NCBI GenBank assembly: GCA_013265495.1
Contig: MU061560.1
Location: 620,001 to 684,000 of the forward strand
From: Vicugna vicugna
Lineage: Eukaryota
Length of the DNA: 64,000 nucleotides
Reading direction: 5' to 3'
Part shown: piece by piece, positions 45,412 to 57,815 of the stretch
How positions within the stretch are numbered: position 1 is the first letter of the stretch
How the letters are laid out: each line of letters starts with the position of its first letter
Notes under the pieces: model-generated
What the model was told of the DNA's origin: nothing
Database searches by the model: none
Seen by the model: the letters and a program-made list of their open reading frames with translations, nothing else
Program-made: the position numbers and the translations under genes

Positions 45412-47254
45412 GGCATAGGATTTATGTGCTTCTGCGTAAGCACTATGGCCAATTATCTAATGAGAAGCCGTCTGGAAACATTTTCTAACTATTCTTCTGT
45501 AATATTATAATGGGAACAGGGACCTTACATTAACTTGGCCCCAACAGAAAAGTCAAACAGCACTTCCTTTATCCTCACAACAAAATGTGGTTCTGATTTG
45601 TGGTACAAAGAGCACTGGACTGGGAGTCATAGACTGGGTAGCTGCCTCAGCTCAGCCTTCACTAGCTCAATCCTTAGACAAGTCACTTCACACTAACGGC
45701 CTTGGTGTCCTCACTTTACAGACAAAGGGGTGAGATTAGGTTATCTTTGAAATCCCAGCCAGCTCTAAAATTCTGAGATCCAGTTTGCTGTTACATTAGG
45801 CAAAGATCTCGTTTATCGTGTCTTAACTTTGTCTTCGTGATTTAAGCTGCCACGTTAAAGAGGAGGTCACAAGTGTGTTCATCTGTCTCCTCCCGTAGTA
45901 GTTTGCTTTGAGGAGTAGAAGCCAGTTTAAGTCAATGTCTACACGGCTGTAATCAGAGTCTAATTGTATTATGATAACATTTGAAAAATGAAAATTTAGA
46001 AGGGGCAATCAGCCAATGAAACATGGATCATATTTGCAGAAGTGTTTGTTTTAGTCCCCAGTGATCTCACTCGGAGCTGCCCGTGGGTGAGAGGCCAAAC
46101 CGGAAGGGTCTCAAACAGAGAAAGCAAATGCGAACGACTCCTCTGTGTGCTCACGGCTATTTGCCCTGAAACCAGAGGAAACCGCAGATACCTGTGCCCC
46201 TCTTGCCAGTCTGCATTTCATGAGAATCTTCTCCAGGCGTGGAGTTTAAGGAAGACTTAAGGCAGTGGGAACCAGGGACACTTGTGTTGGTATCAGATTG
46301 TGACCAAATACATACCCCAGTTGACACAGCTTCCCTATGAACTGCTAATATTATTTTATGCTACACATTTGAGACTGCAGCTTGTAAATAGGTGGCCGTA
46401 AGCCCCGGTTTAGATGCCTCTTGTCTCAGCCTAATTCTTTCTTTTCCCTCTCTCTCTCCATTTTTTAAAAATGAAGTATAATTGACTTACAACACTGTGC
46501 TAGTTCCTGGTGCACAACATAGTGATTTGATATCTCTGTACGTTTCAAGATGATCACCACCATAAATCTAGGTACCATCTGTCACCATACAAAGTGATTA
46601 CGATATTTGACTGTGCTCCTTGCATTGTACATTTCACCCCTGTGCCTCATTTATTTTGTGACTGAAAGTTTGCACCTCTTAATCCCCCTCACCTATTTCA
46701 CTCAACCTCCGAGTCCCCTCCCCTCTGCCAACCACCTGTTGGTTCTCTGTATGTATGAGTATGTCACTATTTGTCATATTTGTTCATTTGCTTTGGTTTT
46801 TAGATTTCACATATACATGAAATCATACGGTATTTGTCTTTATCTGTCTATTTGACTTTATGTAATACCTTCTAGATACATCCATGTTGTTGCAAATGGC
46901 AGGATTTTATTCTTTTTTATGGTTGAGTAAGAGTCCATTAGAAATATATCTCACAGTTTCTTTATCCATTCGTCTATTAATGGGCACCTAGGTTACTTCC
47001 ATCTTTTGGCTACTGTGAATAATGCTGCAATGAACATAGGGGGTGCCATATCTTTTCAAATTAACATTTTCCTTTTATGTGGAAAAGTAACCAGGAATGG
47101 GATTGCTGGGTCATATGGTAGTTCTTTCTTAAAAAAATTTTGAGAAACCTCCATGCAGTTTTCCACAGTGGCTGTACCAAGTTACACTCCCACCAACGAT
47201 GCATGAGGGTTCCCTTTTCTCCACATCCTCACCAACATTGGTTATTTCAAGTTT

Positions 47255-47402
47255 ATTTTTTAATTTTTATTTTTGGGGGAAGGTAATTAGGTTTATTTAT
47301 TTATTCAATGATTTATTTATTTTTAATGGAGGTACTGGGAATTGAACCCAGGGCCTTGTGCGTGCTAAACACACGCTGTACCACTGAGCTGTACCCTCCC
47401 CA
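47255..47402 (-). mobile_element. tRNA-derived SINE (Vic-1-like) inserted in L1
   Basis: gggaaggtaattaggtttattt...ggaggtactgggaattgaacccaggg...ctgagctgtaccctccc. Confidence 0.85.
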
Positions 47403-49129
47403 CCGACCCCCATTACTTCCTGTCTTTTGAATAACAGCCATTCTGACAGGTGTGAGGTGACATCTAACTGTGGGTTTGATTGGCTTTTCCCAGATGACTA
47501 GTGATGTTGAGCATCTTTTCATGCGTCTGTTGGCCATCTGTATGTTTCTTTGGTAAAATGTCTCTTCATGTCCTCTTCCCACTTTTAAATTAGGTTTTTT
47601 TTTGATGTTGAGGTTTATGAGTTCTTTGTATGTTTTGGATATTAATCCCTTATCAGATATATGGTTTGCAAATATCTTCTCCCATTCAGTAGGCTGCCTT
47701 CTCGTTTTATTGGTAGTTCCTTAACTTTGCAAAAGCTTCTTAGTTTGATCTAGTCTCATTTGTTTATTTATACTTTTATTTCCCTTGCCTGAGGAGACAT
47801 ATCCAAAAAATATTGCTAAGACCAATGTCAAAGAATGTACTGCCTATGTTTTCCCTATGAGTTTTATGGCTTCAGGTCTTGCATTTAAGTCTTTAATCCA
47901 TTTTGAGTTTACTTTCCTTCACGGTGTGAGAGAGCAGTCGAGCTGACTCTTTTGCAGGCAGCCGCCCAGTTTTCCCAATACCATTTATTTGAAGAAGCTG
48001 TGTTTTCCCCACTGCATATTCTTGCCTCCTTTGATATAGATCAATTGCTCATAGAAGTGTGGGCTCACTTCTGGGCTCTCTGTTCTGTTCCAGTGACCTA
48101 TGTGATTGTTTTTGTGCCAGTACCATGCTGTTTTGATGACTGCAGCTTTGTAGTATAGTTTGAAGCCAGGGAGCATGATTCCTCCAAATTTGTTGTTCTT
48201 TCTCAAGATTGTTTTGGCTCTTGGTGGGGGGCCTTCTGTGTTTCCAAACAAATTTCAGAATTATTTGTTCTAGTTCTGTGGAAAATGCCATTGCTATTTT
48301 GATAGCGATAGCATTGAGTTTGTAGATTGCCTTGGGTAGTGTGGTCATTTTAACAGCATTAATCATTATCCATGAGCACTGTATATCCTTCTGTCTGTGT
48401 CATCTTCAATTTCTTTCTTCAGGGTTTTATGTGATTTATTCCTAACTATTTTATTCTTTTTATGCAGTAGTAAATAGGATTGTTTTGTCAGTAGGCCTCT
48501 CTGGGACTCTCTGTGCTTCCTGGACCTGGATGTCTGTTTCCTTTCCCAGGTTAGGGAAGTTTTCAGCTATTGTTTCTTCAAGTAATTTCTCTGCCTTTCT
48601 CTCTTCTCCGTCTGGGACAGTGTGAATGCTAGCATGCTTGCTGTTGTCCCAGAGGTCCTTAAACTGTCCTCATTTTTTAAAATCTTTTTTTTTCACTTTT
48701 TGTGATCAGCTTGGGTAAGTTTTGCTACTCTGTCTTCCAGTTTGCTGATTCATTCCTCTGTATCATGTAATCAATTATCATCTAATCTTCTTTACATTTC
48801 TCTCTCTGCACTGAGTCTCAAACATGTGAGATATTCATGTGAGATTTTTGCATGCACCCTTTGAGAGTGGAGTCTCTGTTTTCTATGGCACTCCAGCTCT
48901 CCCTTATGCAAGGCCCCCTGGCCTTCAAAGCCAGACATCTTGGAGGCTCATCTTCCTGGTGCAAAACAGTCAGGCTGGGAGCCTGATGCGGAGCTTGGAC
49001 CCCTCACTCTTTGGGGAGAGCCTATGCAATTGTGATTATCCTCTCATTTGCAGGTTGCCGACCCCAGGGGTGTGGTTCTTAACTATACCACATCTCTGCC
49101 CCTGCTACCTGTCTTTTGCAGTTAGTTCT

Positions 49130-49311
49130 TTTTTTTTTTAACTTTCTTTTTCTTTTTTTTTTTTTTTGTGGTTTTTTGGGGGTTTATTTGGTTTTTTTTT
49201 TTTTTTTTTGGTGGGCATCAGGGAGGTAATTAGGTTTATTTGTTTATTTTCAGAGGCGGGACTGGGGATTGAACCCAGGACCTCATGCATGCTAGGCATG
49301 TGCTCTACTGC
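49130..49311 (-). mobile_element. 5'-truncated tRNA-derived SINE (Vic-1-like) with long T tail, inserted in the L1 5'UTR
   Basis: gggaggtaattaggtttattt...actggggattgaacccaggacctcatgcatgctaggcatgtgctctac. Confidence 0.8.
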
Positions 49312-52300
49312 TGGTTCCTTCTTTATAACTTTAGCTGTGGAAGATTTTTCCTGCTGGTCTTTAAGTTGTTCTCACTGATAGTTGGTCAGTAAATAATTGT
49401 AATTTTGGTGTGCCCATGGGAGGTGAGCTCAGGGTCTTCCTACTCTGCCATCTTGGCCAACTCAGACTAATTCTCAGTATGACCCCCTTTACTCTCAAAA
49501 GTTGTGGTGTTTTGACAATAAATTATATGATCTTTCTATCTGAACTTTCTACCCTTGAAAACCAGTCAATCCAAAAACTTTTTTAAATTAAGTGTTCTTA
49601 AAATGTTTTGTGGAGGATTCTTGGATATGAATTTATTTTCCATACTAATATGACTTTTTAATAGTCAAAATGGTAGCTTGAAAGGGCATACAGAGCTGAG
49701 ACACTGAGGTTAGTAACACAATATTGAAATGACAACATGTATAAAGAATAATGAAATGTTTATATATTTTGGTCTTGATTATATGAAATACAGGAAGACA
49801 GACACAAGGATGTGTATTGTTTTAAAGAGCAGACTGTTGGGGGAAAATGAAGTCTCTAAAGATAGAGGACTGATTAATTATATTATGGCATAAGCCCTAC
49901 TGGAATGTTTTACAGCCATTAAAGCTACAGTTATTAAGTAAAGTCAGAAACAAAATTATGCACATTTCATACTGAGATGGGAAAGAATTTTCTAAAATAA
50001 AAAAGATGGGGCCATACATGAAGAGATTAAGAATTTATGTTTGTAAAAAAAAATAAAAATAAAAACATTTGTAGCATACAAGAAACATCTATTAAACATA
50101 TCTCAAATATGTAATGAGTACTTAGTAATTAGGGAGCAGAAGGCTAATATACCAACAGGTAAATGAGTAAGCAAATCACAGCCACATACACACAAAGCCT
50201 AGTGGCCAATAAAAAAAATTTAGAAAATGCTCGGGCTCACCAGTGATTAAAGAACTGTAGCTTAAAGCCGTATTTTACTCGTATAAAACGCTTTGGTGTT
50301 TGAAGCGACTGTCTGGCTTCTAAAGAAGCAGGAATTGATCTTATAAAGCTAAAGGTATTAGCAGATTGAAAGCCTATCTGTATACGAATAGGTCTACAAC
50401 GTTACTCAGATGAAGGGTTGGGCAGCCTTGGAAGCACAGAATAAAAGATCTTCAAGCAGAAACTTGGTGACGCTCACCCAGCCACTGTCCAGGGAAGAGA
50501 GAACGAGATGGAGCCTTCCGGTTTGAAATACACCTACGGTGATGACAGGAAAGTTAGTCCACAATGTAGGGTTACATACAAGGGACAGGAATAATGATGA
50601 TGGTCATACCAAGAGCAACAAGAAACATTACTGAATGCTATGTGCTAGGCCTCGTGGTAAGTGCTTTACATGCATTATTTAATTCTCCAAGATCTTTAAG
50701 TAGCCTCTCTAGACAAGATCTTTTGTTTTTCATTCAAGAGGTATGTACTGAATCTGTATTAACTTCTGAGAATGTAACAGACAGGGAGAGAGGTGACCCT
50801 TGTCCTTACAGAGTGAAAGCCTTCAGTACATGTTGAGTTGGCGTCTGTGTGTGGTGTAAGGTACTGGTCCACTTGAGTGGCTGTCCAGTCTTCCGAGCAC
50901 CATTTACTAAAGTGATTATCCTTTGAACTCTTTGGAAGCCATCTTTCTGATGCTCTTTCTCCTGGCAAGCAAGTCATGGAAACGAGTCAAGAGGTGAAAA
51001 AGGTGACTGCCAGGGGCCAGACTGCGTTCTTGTGTCTAGTGTCCAGCTTCATGGGTGTTAAGAGGCAGTTATGGAGGCAGTAGACGTAGCTGTGGTCTGC
51101 TGGTTTCAGCTTCCTGATCGCCCTTATTACTGGACAACAGAAGTTCCAGTGGGAGCCCCTTCACTCCTATTCCTTTGTCCCTTCCAACAGGCACGATTCC
51201 TTATTAACTCCCTTGCTCGTGAATACCTGGTGTTTGTTTCCTGCATGAATCTTGACCAGTAGCCCAATTCTCATATGATTCACTTCAGTCTCCTGGTTCT
51301 AGCTCCACGCTCCCCAAGCAGCCATCCTATCACGACTTGAGAGGCAGTCTGTGGAATGGCCAAGAGTCTAAGCTCTGGTGTCAAGTTTGGGGTTAAATCT
51401 TCTATAATGATCACAGGCAAGTCACTTAACCTTTAGGAGTCTCAGTTTCCTTAGTGTAAAATATGAACAGTGGCGCTAATGTACCTCACAGAATTGTCAT
51501 GAAGATTTTTTTTTTTTATTAGTGGAAGTTTTTATTTGTACAACTTTTGGGGAAAATATTTTGTCAGTAAATATCATGGACCTCCAAAGAGTTTATATCC
51601 TTTATCTATCAGAATTCTATCTATCATAATTCTACTTCTAGAAATCTGTCCTAAAAATAATTAAAAATTGTAAAGGACTGTACAAAAATGTTTATTATAA
51701 TATTGTCTATTATGCCAAAAATTTAGAAACAGAAGTTATATAACTGGATTTAAAATTTTTTTTTATTTTTTATATTTTTTGTCATGACGATTAAAAGCCA
51801 CCTTGTATAAATGCTTTCTACATAATAAAAGTTGATTAATGACAGTTGTGTTATTTGCATTTTCATTGCTGTTGATATTACTACTGTGTGTCTAGCTTCT
51901 ACACACTTTCTTTGGACGCTCAAAGCAGTGGGCAGGTCCTCATGACCTAACCAAAGCCCTCTTAGACATCACTGTTACCTCATGTCCATGAGATGATATA
52001 TTTTATAGCCATGGAAGATACTCTTCTAGAATAATTTTTCACAATATACATAATGAGTGACATTCACATGCACGAAAAATACATGAACTGAGGGAATAAC
52101 TCATGCTTTTTAGCTCTCATTCCAGAAAGCCTGTTATAATTCACATGAGCAAAAATGACATTGTTACTGCAGTGCATGTATGTAGGTACGTATTTGTAAT
52201 TTATGCTATAATTTGTCAAACAAAAGCAAATGATTCACAAGCTTTTATACATTACCTTTTCCCCCACTGCTCAACTGATGTTGACATTTCCCAGCTTTCC

Positions 52301-54114
52301 TGAATACTTCTCTTTCCCTGACTGCAACTGCTGGTCTCTAGTTGGACATCCCCCTCCCCCGCTCCCCACCACGGTGTGGATTGGAAAATGCCTCTAGACA
52401 GAAAGCTGAAGGGTTCACTCATTTTTATTCTCTTCTCTCAGTGATCAAAGTCCTGGAATGTCTGCTGTCTAAGGTCTGAAAACAGTTGTCCCGTGCATCT
52501 TTGCTTACTCTTCCAGTTGTTTACCCTGGAAAGACAAGTCTGCTACCAGATATTCCATCTCGGTGGAAGTAGCAGGCTTCCATAAATATTTTTGATCGAA
52601 TGAATCACAAAATGTGAGAGGAACTCTTAGAACATAATCCCTGATTGTCTACTAAATGTCTTATGTGGTCCTGCTGTCATTGAAGATGGTTCTTCCTTTG
52701 GAGCTAAAATGTCAAGATTATACTCTTGTCTCTTTGATCTCCATGCAGTTCCTGGATCCCAAATCACCACCAGGATGCTACAAAGTTGCTTAGGGTTAAA
52801 AAAATTCCAAACACTGTGGACTTTTCAGAATATCAACATGTGCAACTTACTAAATTATAATCAAAACCGTGGAATTCTGCTTAGCTTAGAATCTGTTCCT
52901 GCCTTCCTAAAATGTCTGGTTTCTTATTTTTAGATGGTCTTCTTTCACCTTCATCCAGTAATCCTGGATAACAAAGAGCAAAATTCTTCCCATTTGGTTT
53001 TTCTCACTCTTAGCTTGGAGCCGGGGTCCAGTGGTCTCCAAACCTTTTTGGTCATGCAATCCCAAGGAAAGCTTGAACATCCAGTATCTCATTAGGGTGT
53101 GTGTGTGGGGGTGGGTGGGTGTAAGAAATGTGTACCACTAAAAGAACATATGTAAATAATAAAAGATGCACAAATTGAACTAAAAATATAAAAATGCTAA
53201 TATTTCATCCAGTATCCCCAGTGGATAAGTTTGCACCCTCCGTGGGGTACACACATTCCTTTTAAGATGAATGCCCTGTAGTTCAGAACAAAGTGCGAAC
53301 AAGCCAAGCCCCTGTAGTGATAAACCTCTCCTGGCTCCCCTCAAAGGAATATTTTAAAACTAGTTTTTAATGGCTTTCAGTTTTTTAATGCCTACACATA
53401 ATCCTCCTTACTTCAGGCCTTAACTAACTTCATCCTTGATTTTTCTCATTCTTTTCTGATTTCTTCTGCTCACTTTTCTTATTTGTAGTTATTTGTTTCC
53501 TCTCAGGCAGTATATTTGCCATCACACTTTAACATTTAAAAACATATACATTTACATTGATTTTATGACGTTTTCTTCCCAGCACAATTGACAGGATACA
53601 CATGCAGAGCAAGGAGGGGACGATTTCTTTTAGAGACCATCTGGGTTCTGCCCAAGGTGGATAGGACCTGGAAGCCATTCAAAGACTGGAGAAATTGCCA
53701 AATGGGTGGGATATTGGAAAGTAAATAGGAGTTTCCCACATGTAAAAATATATAAAAGAGACAGGAGCAGAGATAAAATCTCTATTTCTTTTCCCTGGAC
53801 AGGTAGCTCTTTAATACACAGTGAGAGCTGTGATCCCCGCCGTTTGGCCTTCATATCTTAGGAGCAAAGTCAAAATTCTATGGGTTAAATTTGAGATTGG
53901 TCTGTTTTTTCTTCCGGAAGACAACCATTGTTACCAGTTTCTTTTGCATCTCTGCAAATATATTATGTATAATACAAATAATAACATTTCATGCAGACTG
54001 TTCTGCATCTTTCTTTTTCCATTTAACATTATATCTTGGCAAAGTTTCTAATCAGCCAGGGAGAGCACCCTCATTCATTTCTGTAGTCTCATGACAAGCT
54101 GTTAACTTAATTCA

Positions 54115-54715
54115 TTTATTTTCTTTTATTAATTGAAATATAACTGACACATAACATTATATTAGCTTCAGGTGTACAACATAATGATTCAATATTTGCA
54201 TATGTTGAGAAATGATCACCACCATAAGTTTAGTTAACATCCATTACCATAGTTACAAAGTTTTTTTGGCGGGGAGAGGAGGACTCTTAGATCTACTTTC
54301 TTAGCAACGTTTAATACAGAATTATTAACTATAGTCACCATGCTGTACATTACATTTGCATGAATTATTTATTTTATAACTGGAAGTGTGTACTTCTGGA
54401 CCCTCTTCACCCATTCTGCCTGCCCCCCCTACCTCTGCTCTGGCAACCACCAACCTACTGTCTGTATCTATGAACTTGTTTTGGTTTTTAGATTCCATAT
54501 GTAAGTGAGATTATATGATATTTATCTTTTTCTGTCTGAGTTATTTCATTTAGCATAATGCTCTCAAGGGTCCACCCATGTTACCTCAAAAGACAAGATT
54601 TTAGCCTTTTCATAAGGCTGAGTAATATCCCATTGTGTATACATACCACATTTTCTCTATCCATTCATCTACTGATGGACACTTAGATTGCTTCCATGTT
54701 TTGTCTGTTGTTTAA
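54115..54715 (-). mobile_element. L1 (L1MA/MB-type) 3' end nested in older L1 remnants
   Basis: ttattaattgaaatataactgacacataacattatattagcttcaggtgtacaacataatgattc... Confidence 0.8.
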
Positions 54716-57254
54716 TTTATTTAACCAATACTTACTGATGATCAATAGCACTAATTCTTAGCTATTACAAATCCTTTGCATGAATAATCTTACACGTGCT
54801 ACTTTACATATATGCTAATGCATCTGTAGTAAGAATTTCTAGAAATTCAATTGCTGATCGAAGGACATACAATTTTAACTTTGACAGTTATTGACAATTT
54901 TTGCCAGAAGTAAATGAGAGTGAATAATGTGTCCTTTACAATGCTGGGTATAGTGCTTTATATTTAGTAAGAACTCGGATTCATTTGTTGATCCAGTGAA
55001 CCTTTGTAACATCAAAGAAAGCAACTTGTATGATGGGAATGGGAAATATGTATGTAATCTTCAAGAGTAAAGCGTTATGATTATTCTCAATAATAAATTC
55101 AAAGTCAGCTCACGTTGGACAGATGAGTTGATGGCTTCCTTGTCCCGGCCTGGGCACAGGGAGATAACCTGAGGGCAAGTCCTCCCCCTGAACTCCACCT
55201 ACGCCTATAAACTTGCGTCATACTAGCTGCAATGGCTCTGGCTTAAAAATGCTCACTTTGAGATAGAAGGGCAACGTTAGGTTTTATAAACCCCAAAGCC
55301 AGAGTCACTCATTTTCGCAGGACTTGTTTGTTCAGATGAGAAACAAAGCTTGCTTTGTTCTTGCAGGTGCCCTTTTCTGGATAAAATGATATTCCTGTTA
55401 GCATGCCAGATGACGTCAGCAGACTGAGCAGAAGATGTAACTCAGGGTTCTCGCCAGTGGAAAGCATTCGGGGTACAGACGAAATCTTACTGGCAGGCAA
55501 GATGGCACCAACACGTCCAGAGCTCTGAACTGAGCATGCACAGAGACTAAGGAGCGGGCGGTGGGTGCAACTACTGGACAAGAAAGCCAGTGCTCTTGCA
55601 TTTGGGTTTGCACATATGTATGTTAATTTGCACGAATGGTACCTTTACTCCAAATGGTGCAGATTATTATAAATGTCATCTCTTTTACGGTTACATCAGC
55701 TCTGTTACAAGTAAGAAAGCTCTGCAGAGGTCCAAGCCTTCTGCTCTAAAGGGGATGCACAGAACCTTGGCTTAATATGATGGCTAAACACACTGGGGTG
55801 GCCATATTCATCCACATGTAACAGTGACTTAGAGCAGAGGACAGAAAGCCCCTGTCCTTGGGATAGTGAGCCAGTCCTGCCCACTGTTACCGCTCTGTGG
55901 GTACTCTCTACTTTTAAAGATTCTGTGATGCTGATCCAAACAGGACTAAAGTCACGTCTACCCCTGTGTTTCACAGTTGGCTTAAGCCGTGAGTCAGCCT
56001 GGACCTCACACTCCACAACGCTCACCTTCGGCCCCCGCGTGCTGACCTGAATGCTTATCCACGAGCCTCGACCTGGGAAGCTTTAATTCTTCACTCTGAC
56101 CTGCTTACCCAGGGTTTGAGTTTTGCAGGGGGCCCTCAGGCGAGGTGTAACTCAACACCTGCTTTTAAATCTCTGCTTTGCGGTTAGAAGTCATGATAAC
56201 CGGGTGCTTCCTTCCTGTGAGAGCAGAGGCGAGCGGATTCCTGCAGCCTCTGTCCTGCCCTAGAAGAGTTCCTGACCCAGAGCCCTGATTAGACTCCCTC
56301 TGCATGGGGGAAGCCATGCTGTACAGTTAAGAAGACAAACATGGTCTTGATTTTCAGCTCAATTTCTTTCTGGCTGCGACTTTGAGCACGTCACTTGGCC
56401 GTTTTGAGTTTCAGCTGCCTCCTGTGGAATACAGTGAAAGTAGCGTCTACTTCGTGGCGTTTTTATTGACAATGCTGGAAGCAATAATGTGTGTAGTACG
56501 TTTGGCAAATGTGGATGCATTTTATGCACTTTATTGTTTTATGCAGCCACCTTTGACCAGAGCCTGCGTCCCCTCTCAGTCACTGAGCACGCTGGCAGTC
56601 TTGATGACTCGTATGTGGCAGGAATGAGGTGGCAGGCCTTGGTGACTTGCATGATATGTGGTATATATAAAGGTATGTGGACTCTTTTGACTTCCCGTCT
56701 CCAGGATCGTGAGTGAAATGATGGAAGAGTTCTCAAGCCCTTGCTGGCGTGTGGCTTCGTCAGCCCTCTCATTAGTCATCAGAGAAGGTCTCCTGTTGGA
56801 GGTCTCAGACTGAGTTCTCATTTTAGCCCCAGAACTACCCTTTGACAAGGGTCCTCCTGGCTGTGAAAATGCAGGCTTTCAGCAGAGAGCTCACACACCC
56901 ATGTTCTTTATAATTATCTTCGTATTTCATAATACAGCAGTACAAGAGGGAAGCAGATTAGAAATTTACTCTTTCATGATGAATAGCTTTACACTGAGAA
57001 GGCCAATAAACATTGGTTAATGTACAGACCAAGAAAACTACAGATAAGGACTACAGAATATTTTAGGCAAAAAAGCCATAAGGAAAAGTAACAGGTGTAT
57101 TTGCTAACAGCGAGCACTCAAAAGGGGAATTTTCTTGTTCAGCACGCAAGAGAGATTCAAAATTGTTGTTACTATGTTTGGCAAAGAACTTTCAAGCCTG
57201 AAGACCATTATTATGTTTGCCTTCTGCCATTTCTCACAAAGTTAAATGACTCTA

Positions 57255-57779
57255 ATTTTATTGAGAAATAATTGATACACATCCCTGTATACGTTTTAGG
57301 TGTACATCGTGATGGTTTGATTTACACATTTTGTGAAATGATTCTCACAATAGGTTCAGCTAACACTCATCTCCTCATAAAGATACAACAACAACAAAAA
57401 AAAGAGGAAGGGAAAAATTTTTCTTTTTGCAATGAGAACTCACAGGATTTACTCTTAACTTCCCTGTGTATCACACAGCAGTGCCAACGACAGCCATCAT
57501 GTTGTACATTACATCCCTAGTACTTATTTATCTCATAACTGGAAGTTTGTACCTGTTTATCACCTTCTTACAATTTCCTCTCCCTAGAACCTCTGCCTTC
57601 GGTAACCACAAGTCTGATCTCTTTTTCTATGATTTTTTTTTGAGGTTCCACATTTAAGCGAGATAATATACTCTGCCTTTCTGTGTGACTTATTTCACTT
57701 GATATGATGTCTTTATGGTTCATCCATGTTATTACAAATGGTAGAATTTCCTCATTTGCATGGCTGAATAATATTCCAT

Positions 57780-57815
<36 letters not shown>

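Larger units (their letters stand above)
46439..49460 (-). mobile_element. L1 with both termini and a large internal deletion; contains two SINE insertions
   Basis: 3'UTR from about 46460, ORF2 remnants (ORFs 47985..48251, 48049..48366), ORF1-like piece about 48490-48780, 5' end GCCAAGATGGCAGAGTAGGAAGACCCTGAGCTCACC; TSD CTCAGCCTAATTCT / CTCAGACTAATTCT. Confidence 0.85.
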
